A stretch of DNA of 54,457 bases, filler included, from Sluysia triapertura (taxonomy: Eukaryota), in NCBI GenBank assembly GCA_046118255.1. It is 4 parts of 4 records of this genome, joined end to end, with 100 filler letters (N's around TTAATTAATTAA, not from the genome) between each part and the next. Parts side by side here need not be neighbours in the genome. Positions count along the whole stretch, not along the records: positions 1 to 12,243 come from JBJNIA010115641.1; positions 12,344 to 26,957 come from JBJNIA010253414.1; 2 more parts are not named here. One strand, given 5' to 3'. The notes under the pieces were generated by a model. That model was not told where the DNA came from. It saw nothing but the letters and a program-made list of their open reading frames with translations, and did no database searches. This document shows, one piece after another, positions 11,600 to 24,360 of this stretch (its first letter is position 1; each line of letters starts with the position of its first letter). The translations under genes and the position numbers were made by a program.

Positions 11600-11822
11600 C
11601 CATATATGTGTGTTTCGAGTGTAATCGAATCATATGGCTTTAAATACCACATATATGCTGATGACGTGCAAATATATACTGAATTTGAAATGAACAACAT
11701 AGAAAATACAATTTAAAGAACAGAAGAACTAATATTTGAATTGATAAAATGGCTTGGAGATAAATACAATTGAAAATCAATGAAGATAAGACAGAATTTA
11801 TAATTATCAGTAATAAAAGTAG
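11600..11822 (+). mobile_element. L2/CR1-type LINE RT fragment, interrupted by an LTR
   Basis: YGFKYHIYADDVQIY (YADD at 11654), then W..(fs)..LKINEDKTEFIII. Confidence 0.8.
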
Positions 11823-12243
11823 TGTTAGGTCTGCCTTCACGACCCTTTAAGTTAACATAAAATGTTTTAAAATTATTTATAAGTGTCAAAAAACACCTAA
11901 AAAATATTAATTTTCCAAAAAAGAAATTTTATTTTCCAAAAGAAAAAGTTATTTTCTAAAAAAGAAAATAAAATTTCTAAAATAGAAATTAAGTTTCTAA
12001 AAATAGATTAGAAGCTTCTAGAATGTTCTAGAATATATTAGAACATTCCATCGACTTTCATTGGATGATGACTAGTATATAAATTAGCATCTTACAATGA
12101 AAATCGCCATTTAATTTTTCATTAAAATCGTCGCCATCTTACTTCAGCTCATTTGGTTTTCTACGCTTTTTGGAATTTTACATTCATTTGGACGCGAATT
12201 CAAATCTATTTTCACAAATCCATGCAAGGGTAAAATATTTTAT
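11823..12243 (+). mobile_element. HSE-containing LTR, copy 1 (truncated by contig end)
   Basis: Starts TGTTAGGTCTGCCTTCACGACCCT like the 51795 copy; the HSE-CCAAT-TATA core (~12010-12112) is near-identical to 51990-52092. Confidence 0.8.
12009..12083 (+). promoter_or_regulatory. Heat-shock element, inverted CCAAT and TATA box
   Basis: aGAAg cTTCt aGAAt gTTCt aGAAt aTATt aGAAc aTTCc = 7 of 8 alternating nGAAn pentamers; ATTGG at ~12060; TATATAAA at ~12076. Confidence 0.8.
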
Positions 12244-12343
12244 NNNNNNNNNNNNNNNNNNNNNNNNNNNNNNNNNNNNNNNNNNNNTTAATTAATTAAN
12301 NNNNNNNNNNNNNNNNNNNNNNNNNNNNNNNNNNNNNNNNNNN
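12244..12343. other. Artificial contig linker N44-TTAATTAATTAA-N44
   Basis: Same 100-bp construct occurs three times; the 12-mer has stops in all six frames. Confidence 0.97.
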
Positions 12344-12699
12344 TGGTTCATTTGTAAATCGTATTTTATTTTGCTGTCTTGCTTTATTTAACTGATTTTG
12401 TCTTTTATTTCTAATAAATTATGTATTCTGCTTAAATTATTTCATGTTATTTTCAATACAGTTATTATTATAAATCTTCTGTCATTGTTAAAATGTACAT
12501 ATAATGTATATCATTTATTTAAAATTATTTTGATTATTCGAAAATTTATTCATTCGTCCATCTCTATGAGATACGAATTATAGGCTCATTGTTATTGTAC
12601 TAAATTGGTTCGTAATTCCTGTTATACATTCTATATTTGACGTTCTCTGTAACAAGTCTAAATTGTTAAATAGCATCAAAAGTTGTGTAATTATTCGTT

Positions 12700-12945
12700 C
12701 TTTACACCCATTAATAAATTTTTCAGTAATTAATTCAAATTTTTGTTTATATATAAAACTTGGGTAAGCCTTATTTGCTAATTGTTTTAAATCAAATAAA
12801 AATTGTGTGATCGTTTCTTTATTACCTTATGTCATGTTGAAGTTTTTAAAATTAACTATTTTAGAATCTTTAGGGGACATGTGATTCATAAAATCACTAA
12901 TTAAATTTTGCGACGTATTTTTATTGTCATCTGGAATATTCAAAT
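12700..12945 (-). mobile_element. Gypsy-type gag remnant
   Basis: Minus strand: NIPDDNKNTSQNLISDFMNHMSP...FNMT*GNKETITQFLFDLKQLANKAYP..(fs)..LITEKFINGC, matching the gag pattern Q...ES...F...L..LA..AYP...L...F..G. Confidence 0.65.
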
Positions 12946-14793
12946 AAGTGAAGTGCTCCGATTATACTGGATTACCGTCAAGGGAAGGAGAAAAGATCTA
13001 TTGACTCGATAATCAATTCTTTTTTCTTGTAATTCTTGACATATAATGTTAAATTTGAAATTATAAACTTATTTTCCGATTAAAACGTCAAAATGAAAAT
13101 TTACTGTGGCATCAAAATTTGTGCTGTGTCTTTAACCAAAATTATCAATGATAACTCAACAATTGGATTAACACGTAATCTAAATATATTTAAAATATCA
13201 CAAAAATGACAAATAATTGATTATTCTTTAATATCAATATACAAATTGAAAGTTATAAATCAATAAAAGACAAATCCAGAGGTGATACGAAAAATGTTGA
13301 CTCCCGCATTAAACTAAAATAAAATAATAAGAATGTGGATCACTAACTGCAATAATATTAGTACTCCTTATAAGGCTTCAAGGAGTAAATCTTCAAGCAC
13401 AATTTTTATCACAAATGTGTTGAGGCAGCTTTATTTTGTATTTCTTTTGATATTTCTTTTGTCAAGATATTGTTGTTCAAATTTTATTTCGAAAATACGA
13501 TAACTTATACAGTAGTTGGGTTATTGCTAAGAAGATTAAAAATGGGAAAATATAAGTAATTACTTCGTATTATTCATTCTTTTGAGTCTGTTTTAAGCCG
13601 ACCAATTTTAATAATTAAATTTCGACCATAATTTCTGTCGGCTTCCAATTTATTATCTCCTGCAATCTCATTATCTTTTTTAACATAATATAACCAGAAT
13701 TAAATATTATGCTTTTCAAATAATACATCAACTTAAAATAAAGATAAAAGTAATTACAAAACTATATTTATTTTCCATAAGAATTTTTAATGCAAACGAC
13801 ATACGTTAACCTTACTTTGCATATCGATTTCAATAACATGTCAGAATTGGTATCTTAGCGAGCATCAATTTAATATATACTTTAATTGTATTACAACATT
13901 TAAATTTAATTTTAGATTATAAAAATAATCAAAATAACTAATCTTTACGTTATCTGTGTCGGCGAGTTTCTTAATATTTCAATACTAGGAATACTAATAA
14001 AATTCAACATTATTTTACAGAAATTATTAAATTAAAGAATTTCTATTTAAATTAATCAATAAATGCGCTTTATATTTTAACAAGAAAAGGTACTGTTTTC
14101 GTACCTTTATTTCTTTTATTTTGTATATACATTTCATCAACGCAATTTGTCGTAGTGTTTTATCTTATGTTCTCATTAATTCTTATACTATAAGCTAAAA
14201 GTCCTTATATTCACTTCATCTTTAATCAAACCCAACAGTATGAATAATAATCTTATGCTGTAAAAATTGAGCCATCGCATTATTATTATTAATTATAATT
14301 ATTATCAACTTTATTTTGATATTATTATTTTCATAATTACCTTTTAATATTTTTGCAGACATTTTAAAATAATGTTTGATCATTTTCGGTCCTGACATCC
14401 TAATTATTTGAATTTGTTTGATTAAGTGGTAGAAAAAATTAGTGCATTAATCAATATAGTTCTTAGTTATTAGGTATCATAATCATGGTTCCTACTTTCA
14501 TCAACTTATTGTAACTAAAAATTCTGATACAAATTTTAAAATAATCTTTCTTAGTGGATTATCTTGATATGATACTGCAAGTATTCTTACCAAGTTAGAA
14601 CCTACTTACAAAAGATTGTTGTCTGGAGCTGAACTCGGCTGATTAGAAACGGTTTACGTCACTAGTCAACGACGGTGTAATCAGGCTTATAACGTGGCGA
14701 AGTAATACGCTTAACAAAGGAACTCCTAACAAAAATTTATATTAACTTGTATCAAAAACAAAATATTAGTAACAATACAAATTTAATAAATTG

Positions 14794-15097
14794 AGACAGC
14801 CTTTGTACGGTCTGTCAAATAGATAAATTATTTTTAAAAAATTGAATCGGCCTTTTTACGGTCTGATTATAGTTAATGAATGATTTTAGTTTAGAGAACA
14901 AATCGTAAGCAAAAGAATGTATATTAGATACAATGATGTATATACAATGACGTGCTATTATAAAAAAGGTTATACAATTCAACAAAAAATCGTTAAACAA
15001 TTATAATAATAGTAATAATAATAATACGGATTTTTCCTTAGCCTGAATTAGATTTTAAAATTAAAGTTAAGACAGCCTTTTTACGGTCTGTCAAATA
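14794..15097. repeat. Three copies of a short GACAGCC-TTTTTAC-GGTCTGTC hairpin
   Basis: AGACAGCCTTTGTACGGTCTGTCAAATA (14794), AATCGGCCTTTTTACGGTCTGATT (~14845), AGACAGCCTTTTTACGGTCTGTCAAATA (15070). Confidence 0.8.
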
Positions 15098-18000
15098 AAG
15101 ATATATATTAAGTCTGATTTTAAATCCTATCAATACAATTAGGATACTAAAAACTTAATGATTACAAAGTTACTTTTGCATGGAAACTGTTTTTGTCTAA
15201 TCCTTTTCTAAGATTTTAGATTCCTTATTTTCTTGTGTCTTGTAAGCTAAAAGTGTTTGTTATTTATATTAAAATTACTTACCTCCATATTTGTTTATTT
15301 TTTAATTTATTAAAACAATTTATTTCCTCTTTGGTTTAATAAAACAAAAGAATTTTCATATTATTAATTTATTTTATTTTATAATATTAATAATTATTTT
15401 ATAAATTATCAACATCATTATAATAAAAATAATTTTATAAAAACCAAAAATAAATAAATTAAATATTCAGATCATAAATAAATAAATTAAATATCCAAAT
15501 TATAAATATCAAGTTATCAATATAAATCAAATATCGTAATTTGCCAATTAAATATCACAATTAAGTCAATTGTTATTTTCAAGTCAAATATCATACACCA
15601 ATTGACACCAACACCAACAATACTGAATATGATTTGGTAATTTCGCGTTTACGTTTCCTTGGAAAGAAATATAATTGTAGATGGATTGAAAAAAGGTTAT
15701 TATTGCTTCATTTACGATTATGAGAATCATACAAAAATCTAATTAAAATTTGATTATAATACAATTATAAATATAAAATTATCTTATGTTGTTAACACTT
15801 TAATTATTATGCTCATTCGTAGAAATAGCGTGTCTGACAGTCACTAATCAAGTGTAATATGCAACAATGTATAAATAATAAATATTGGCACAACTATCTG
15901 GAACTCAATATACTTAATAAAAAGTATTAGTTTTGTAGGTAGATCATCTTTTATTAGTTGTAAAGTTTTTTCGGTGTTGATCTAATGTGTGATTCACGTG
16001 CAGAGTCTGATCTACAAAAAATAGTTTTAATAATTTTGTGATCTAAATTTAAAAAGTAATATTTCTATAAATGCATGAAATTTCAAATAAATGTTTAGGA
16101 TCACTGGAAACATGATTTATAGTGAAAGTATATTGTAATGCTACACTTAACATAGAACGTACTATAAACACATAGTTGTGCTTTCTGATAAGGGTTAGTC
16201 TGATTTTTTTATCTCGTCTTATCTAAAAATTTTCAAAACTGCATTTCATTTATTTGTCTTTCTCGTAGGTTGGAACGATAGCGGTACGTAATAAGCAAAT
16301 TTTATAGTCAAGATATTCATAATACGTTATATACGTTATATGTAAAAGATGGTGTTAGTGCTTCTGAAATCTCCTACAATTATAAAAATTAATTAAAACT
16401 TTAATTAAAAATAAACAATAATTAAGATAATTTTAAAATAAATAAAAAACAATTAAAAGACAATTAAACAAATTACAGAATAAACAAAATTCAATTAAAC
16501 AAATAGGAAATTCATTAAATTAAATTTATTATTTATTTTTGCAAGCAATAAAAAAGTAGTATATAAATTTTGCACAAGACAAAAACAAATCGGACAAAAT
16601 AACTATCAATTCCATACGAGTTATTATTAGTTCCATATGATTTGGCAATTATCATATTATTGTTGAAACAATACTCCATCTTTCTGTATTTGTAAGTTTA
16701 TTATTGATAAGGTTATTCTACTTTAGGGTAGAACCAAAATCAGCGTAAATTTTTAATTATTATCTACGATTAGTTTTAACTAAGTATAAAATTTATATTT
16801 GCAATAAATTATTTTATTGTAATAACACATTATTTTATTATTGAATTTAATTTGTTTTTGGTAATAAACCTTACCATCTTAGTCATTTTGATTTAAACTA
16901 GGTAAAAAAAGTTTTGAAAATAATTTTTAAAAGGTTTTGGTCTATCTGTACATACGTATCCCATTAGGTATAAAACGTATAGTATAGACGAACCCATTCT
17001 GATATTTTACTTAAATTAAGAAAATATTAATAGATATCAGAAAATAATCCAAAATCAAACATTAGACTATTACATATGATCTTTCAAAATCATAATGCAT
17101 TAAATTTGGTCGAAAAGTCTTTATAATTTTCTTGAAACATTTTTAAATGCTTTCTCAGTATCAAATGTAGTTAAATATTAGCAATTATGTGATAGATAGA
17201 TTGAATATCTGGTCGTTTCTAGATAAAAATAATAAATTACTGATTGATGTTCTATTAAAACTGAACATTTTAAGTAATTTTATTATATTTTATTTTAATA
17301 GGGACGTTTTAAAATGTAATTCAATTTTTAAACGTGCAGATCAAATAAATAATCAAAATTTTTTAATTAAATATTACGTAGTTTTTAAAGCAACTTTAAT
17401 ATTAATAAATACTTTTATCAACATAAATATTAATATATAATAAAGTATAAAATTTAAGCAAATGTATCTAATTTAAATTTATCATGGAATATCTATATTC
17501 TAATAAATCTTAATAAAAATTATATTTATGTATTATATTTATATATTTGAATTTTTCGTGCCTTATTTTGTATTTTCCAGTACGGCAAACCTAAAATATA
17601 TAATTACTGTGTATATTATAAAACTCAACAGTTATAATTACTATTTTATGGGTTCGCCTGTAATCCTGTGATTAATATCCCCATGGAAGACACGGTTTGC
17701 TGTCAGTTTACTACGTAAAGCGAGTCTTACAACGAAGCAAAAATATAAGTTTACTCGCTAAAAATTATGTAAATTACAAAATGATTGTTTATCTATTTTT
17801 TTTCGCTATGAACAAAACTAAGTTTTCTTAACAATATTAATTTGACTGTTACTCAATTTCAGTTTAATATTTTAATGACAAATGAAAAAATGTAAATCAT
17901 GACTAATTTTTTATTAAACAACCAATGTTTAATATAATATAGAAATATAAACACCAATTTTAATTCTGAAACTATGATTTAGACTTTTTATCGATTTTAA

Positions 18001-21000
18001 AAATAATATTAAGTCAGGAATTATTCTTTACTTTGAAAAATTATTAAGGATTTTAAGTAGGATTGTGATGCTAAAATAGTATAGCTAAATCTTTAATAAA
18101 AATAATTCACGACTTCATATCATGGAAAAATTGGTTGAAATAGTGTTAATTCATTAGTGTATAAATTTCTTGAATAGAAAATTTGATATAATTGACAGTT
18201 CAGCTATAGAAATCTTTGAAGGCTTACTACTTATTTGCTAACGTCTAATAGCAAGTCGTCTATAAACAGAGTATCAGCAACCAGATAACAAATAATTGTT
18301 GGAAATTTCGCTGAAGATAATAACAATACAACTTAATAATAAGCCCAATGCAGATGGCATAGATTTGAAAAAGAAATATCATATATTCTATGATATTTCA
18401 TCAAATAATAAGACATAACAGAATCGAAAATGTATTAAAATAAATGTCCCAATTGATACACAAATTTATAACATTGTTAAATATTGAAGCATGCTGCCCG
18501 CGTTGCATTCGCTTTCACATTAACGATGTCAAAACTCTTATTAATATAATGAAGAATATAGAAAAATAATAAGTTTTAAAAGCAAACAACAACACAATTA
18601 TAAATGTCAAGCAATTTTAGATATTTTTGTAGAATTATAGAATTACATAAAAATTAACAAAAAAAGCAATTGAATCGTTCAATTTATGTAAATATCACCC
18701 TGTACATATAAAAATAAGATTTTTAAAGTAGAGACTTGATTTTTATTTAATATAAATGTTTTAATATTAATTTATTTTGATTGCGGAGCGAGATTCCGGA
18801 TTTGAATAATATTTTCCATAAATTATTTATTATGTGATTGTTTGATCCAAGTTTCATGATTCATTAATGAATGAAATTAGAAAATCAAGTAGTCATAGAT
18901 GCTTCTATTATAAGATTGTCTATTATAATAATGTTTTGAACTGTAACAAAATAATAATAATAAACATTGTTTACAATTTTCCAATTGTCGAAACATTTTC
19001 TAACTCCAAATTTATCCACCATTTAACTACTGTTTTACTTATTGGCACATTGCGAACGGATCAAGAAAATTATCGTTTTTTTTCATTGTAACGTAACGGA
19101 AAATGCTGTAAGTACCACATGAAATTAAAAGTGATTAGTCATTTGTTCTTAGTAATAAAACTAACTTGATTTTTATACAAATTGGATGTTTGTGGAAAAC
19201 GACAAAAATATCCTCAATATGTTAAAATGCCTTGTCTGATTGATTAAATATTTAATAAATATAATTTTATTTAAGTTTTTGAATAAGGTTGTAAAAATGG
19301 TGAATTAAACATAAGGCTTAGTGTAGTAATATAAGAAATATATTTAAAAAGTATTTCTACTATTGATTTAGACCCAAATATTTAAGTCACTTGCGATATA
19401 TTATATAAAAATGATTTTAAAGTTTTCTTTTGGTTTATACATTTCTCTGACTTAGATTCTGTACAGTAGTATTTATTCAAATATTTGAGCCAGATCAATA
19501 AAAGACTGGAAAATATCAAATTTTATGTTAAAAAGAAATTTGAATTCAAAAATAGAGAATTTTATTAATTAAATAAACTAGTTAAATGATGATGGAAAAT
19601 TTCAGATAGAGTTTTCGAGTTTGTTATTTTTATATGATTTATATGGTCATTTTATAATATCCCGTTTAATATATTAAACATTTATTAAATTAAAAAATTA
19701 AGTCAATCAAATTATTTCCATTAGAAGCAATTATAGAATTTTAATGGTCCATACCTCAGTGTTATAATGATTATAAAATTAATAATTATAATAACAAAGC
19801 TAATATTAATAATAATAATAATTTTTACCATGTTTACAATACTTTTATAACAAAAGCTATCTTTATATCACAATAATCCATAACTTAGAGCTTTTTTAAT
19901 AGTCAATATTGTGTTGTATTGTTTCAAAGTTAAATTATTCTTGAAAGTTTTGTTTTTGAATCGCCTTGACATATTTCCTCCATCTATAATTATTAAAAAA
20001 TTAAATAATTTAATTCATAAAATATTTTAATATTTTTATTAAAAAAAGTAGGTTTTCCAGAAAACATCAAATATAAACTTCAATAAAAATTGTATTTATA
20101 CAATCTTCCAATGATGTGTAAAGGTCAAATATGGTTGTCCATAATTTATAAAATTATAAATTAGTACAAGTTGGTTTTGTTATTATAACTAATAGACATG
20201 ACAGAATTAAAACTGAGTGTATAACATATTTTACTTCTACAATGACGAAAAACAATTATTTTTAGAATTTTGTAGTTACATGAATACCAATAAGAGATAT
20301 CAGGTCAACTTCAAACTATAATTCGAGTAATAATTCAGGAAGACAATAGAACAACTTAATAGTACTGGAAAAATATCGACTATTTGATCAACCCCATGAT
20401 AATTGAGGAAATGAGTATAAAAAATGAAAGATTTAATGTATTAATAATCGATGTCTGACTGAAGCTTGTAAAAGAAATGAATGCTTTGGTAGAACATAGT
20501 GAATAACTGTCTTAACTAATTTTATAAATATTAATTATTTATAAATATTAATTATTGTTTTGTATAAATATTATTTAATGATTAATAAATTGATTTTTAA
20601 GCGGACATTTTTATCACTTAATTTTTCCTTAACCATTTGTGGTCCACTGATTTTATTAGAGTGCTGGTAGTCAAATCCAGATTAGGTTTTAGAACGAAAT
20701 AAATCAACTTGAATAAATAGAAAAGATACACAATATTAGTGAATGTATGTTAATGAAATATGTGCTACGTCCTCCAAGGGTTAAATAAGAATATTGTTAA
20801 AAACATTGAAATTTAAGAAACTAGCTAGCGTAATATTCGGAATGACGACTACTTTTTCAAAACTGTCAAAATTGGGACAAGACAACCAAAGCTCTGGTAA
20901 AGTAGAAAAATATCTAAGCTTAAGGTCATTTTGTAAACCAAGTTAAATATTTATTTTCGGTATTTATTTTTCCTGTTTTTTCTTTTTTTTGTTTCTAGCT

Positions 21001-22204
21001 TGTTAATGATAATAGCTTTTCCAAAAATGTTTCGATAGTAATAATCAATCCTTTATAGGTTCTTGTTTATCTGCTTTTAACTTTTCTTTTGTACGGCATC
21101 AGTTTCTACCATTGACGTTATTTCTTCAATTTCTTTGAGGATTCCATTTAAAATTTTAAAAAAGAAATATCTAAATAAACTCACAGAAAGAGCTTAAAAA
21201 TACAAAATTTAAAAGTGCCTCAGATTTGAGACGAAAAAAAATTGTAAGAATTTGAAATAGAACTCATACTTAATTAGCGATAATAATCTATGAATAAATC
21301 TGAGAACAAAAAAAGATGTAATGTTAATAAAATAGAAATAAAAAAAATGAAAATTAACAAAATGTTTACAAATAAATAAATTACATAGCTCGAGCGATAT
21401 TACTGAACAAAATTAATTGTTTTATTAACACCAAAAATGAGTTTTTACAAGTTTTCTAGCAAAAAAATATATATTCTACAGTTATGTTAATTGGTGAGTA
21501 AAATTGAAACGTATAATTACTTTAATGTCAAATAATAAAATAATAATTAATAATGGCGTGGCAACCTACAAAATTAATGAACGGCTTAACACCTTTTTTC
21601 ATTTTAATATAAAAATGCGACTTGTACAGTAAAGTAAGTAGTCATAGTTCCAAGCCAGATAACAATATAATGTTACAGTTATTAATTCGTAATAAGATCT
21701 CAATAAGACAAGATTACTCGTTGAAACTGACATAATTTTCCTTTTTGTTATCAATTGGCGATTTGTGTAAACCGCCACACAAATAATTGCTTGTGATACA
21801 GTCGGATTGTTGACAAATAATCATATATTTAACCGATTTATTCGTAAGTTTTATTAACATAAATTTTTTCCTTAAATAAATTAAGAAACTAAATCATGCG
21901 AAAATTATATTTTTGAAGCTAATTTATATCTAATTTATATCTAGTAAAATCTAGTTTAAAATTTACACGATATATATTGGATTAGTGTTTTTGTTTACTG
22001 AAAAAGATAACTAGAAGTAAACAATTAAAGCACATTGATAATTATTAGAGTTGCATTAATTTAAAGTAGATTTCACGATATTTTGAGAATTCGAGATCAT
22101 TTAAGTTACAAATTATTTATTCAACAATCTCGATTCATTCTTTCATGGGAATAATAAAAAAAGATATTAAAATTCAAAACGGAGTAATGAAAAAAAAATA
22201 AAAC

Positions 22205-22914
22205 CTTTCATTAATTTCATTAGAAGTTGCTTTTATACCATATTGGCATTTTGTTTGATGATCCCGTACAATGATCACAAAACTGCTGTCTTCAGGACAA
22301 ACAGATAAATGCATCAAATTTATGGGCACTAAATGATATTTGTCTTCTTTTCTTTCATAACAATACAACAAACAACTTAAAGTCAATACACAATATAATC
22401 GAAATTTTTGTTGATTTTGATTGGTTTTCACGTAATTTGATTTGGAATCTGTTGAACTGGTCTCATAGATTATTGTATCTAATTTAGTAAAATCCATATA
22501 ATCTTGAATATAACCGAATTTTCTGGATATTTTACGAAATTTTTGTATCTGTTTATCAAAAAATTCTGAATTCGAGTCAAACAAGCCTGATATATTCTGT
22601 TGACATAATAAATGATAGCATTCTTCACAAACCGGTCGATATTCATCACAATATTCCAAATATACATTATATCTATTGCTTATGCAATCTGTGCAATACA
22701 AAAGACCGTCTGAACAACAATGTACACGTTTATCGAATGATTCAAAACGTTTCTGACATGAAAATCCATTACAAAAACTTGTATCGGATACTTTCTGCCA
22801 TTTAGGAGCTTCTAGACCAAGCAACTTCATAGTTTCTAATTCTTGGTAATTGATTTTACTGTTTAAATTAACTATTTGTTCAAAGACATCATTTTCTTGG
22901 CAACTTTGGTTATG
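22205..22914 (-). CDS. Internal exon encoding FYVE plus a C-terminal PH domain; FGD-family RhoGEF-like
   Basis: Open 236-codon exon between a tttcag acceptor and an AG|gtttt donor. LG..APKW, C...C..F....R.HC..xG..YC..C, RPVC..CY, then PH-like CVLT..CLLYCY...ED. The FYVE-then-PH order is typical of FGD proteins. Confidence 0.7.
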
Positions 22915-23791
22915 CTGAAATTATTAATTATTATTTTTAATAATATTTCATCCATAAATTTGTAAAAAGTTAAAAAATATCGGCACTAATTCATTGATTT
23001 CTAGAGTAAACATATTTTAAAAATATTTTGTGTACTATAAATATAGTTTAAAATGATTTTAAAATAAAAGTACATAATATTATGTTCCACTTTACATCTA
23101 AAACGCACAAATACTCACGTTACAACTAAAAAATGGTTAAAAACTCACAAAATATCTTTATAAACCAAAATTAGGAGCCAGAAATCAATAGGCAAATGTG
23201 AAAGAAGAAAACAAGAATCTACACATTTAATTAGCATCTACACAATTTTACAAATCGAACGTTGACGTCACTAAAACATGAAAAGTCCACTTAAAGTGAA
23301 TACCAACAGTCACAAACAAATACTAACTAGCAAAGCGGATATAAATGAAGTACATATTGAGGAAAATAATATATCACCAAAACGAAATTATATAGTTTAA
23401 TTTACAAATACATGAATAAAATTTGCTATGCAGCCATAATACGAACTATTATAAAATTTAATTGGTCAGAAAGAGAAAAATTGAATAAATGGATGTTGAC
23501 TATAGAGAGAATCTTATACGGTGAAAATTGAATAATTAATGGTATATTTATTTTTCATATTCGCATCTTATTGATCTTATTATGAGTTCAGAGATTTAAT
23601 CTCTTTAAATGACTCAATTAAGGTCTAACAATTTAATTCTGTTCTACAAATTAATTTCACATAATGGTCCGTTCTTTGATTCGTTTATTAATTAACTTTA
23701 CCTTAGTACAGAATGTTTAAATTTATCATTTTTAATTTCCTCTTTTAGCTATCGATGAATTTATTAAGTACTTAACAATGTCGAATTTGTC

Positions 23792-24360
23792 TGTAATGTT
23801 ATTTTTCGAAAAAAGAAAAAGAAAAGAAAATTTGCTTCTAAAAATAGAACATTCTAGAATATTCCACCGATTCCAATCGGCAGATGACTAGTACATAAAC
23901 TAATAATCGTTTTGCAGTTAGTTTGTAACAGTATTTCAATTTTCAAAATTGCTTGGAGTCATTCAGTCAAATCTTGTTTATTTTAATTATTAGTCCGCGA
24001 TATATTGAGGTGTAAACTCTTAAAGTTTTAATTTTAAATTATTTTCTTTTTTATCATCTTACGCTTTTATACTTAATTCTTGTTATTAACACATTTATTT
24101 ATTCATTTTGTAAAACAAAAAGTTATAGTCTTAGTTTCATTTTATTGAATAAACGTTTTACTAAGAGTTGTAAATTAAATTAATAAATTTTGAGACAATT
24201 AAATATATATATTTAATTTGTTAAATGAGCATTTAATGCGACCCTCATTGAGGAGTACTGCTATTTTGATAATGTATTACAAGAGCACCCTCTTTATGAC
24301 ATAATTGAACCCTTCTCAAAAGTATTTTGCCGTAGGTTAATTGTTAGAAAAACCACAGCA
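23792..24360 (+). mobile_element. HSE-containing solo LTR, copy 2 (569 bp)
   Basis: TGTAA...AAAACCACAGCA with TGTC duplicated (23788-91, 24361-64). AGAACATTCTAGAATATTCC, CCAAT and TACATAAA at ~23846-23899. GATATATTGAGG.GTAAA and the 3' end are shared with copy 3. Confidence 0.85.

Noticed and set aside
11655-11670. CTGATGA as a hammerhead ribozyme core (also ~35041 and ~35936)
   Set aside because: No GAAA with matching stems; here it is the YADD codons and at 35936 the antisense of the CCCH finger.
15151-15171. 21-nt exact match (AAACTTAATGATTACAAAGTT) to 10480-10500
   Set aside because: Low-complexity AT-rich word with no flanking homology; cannot be separated from chance.
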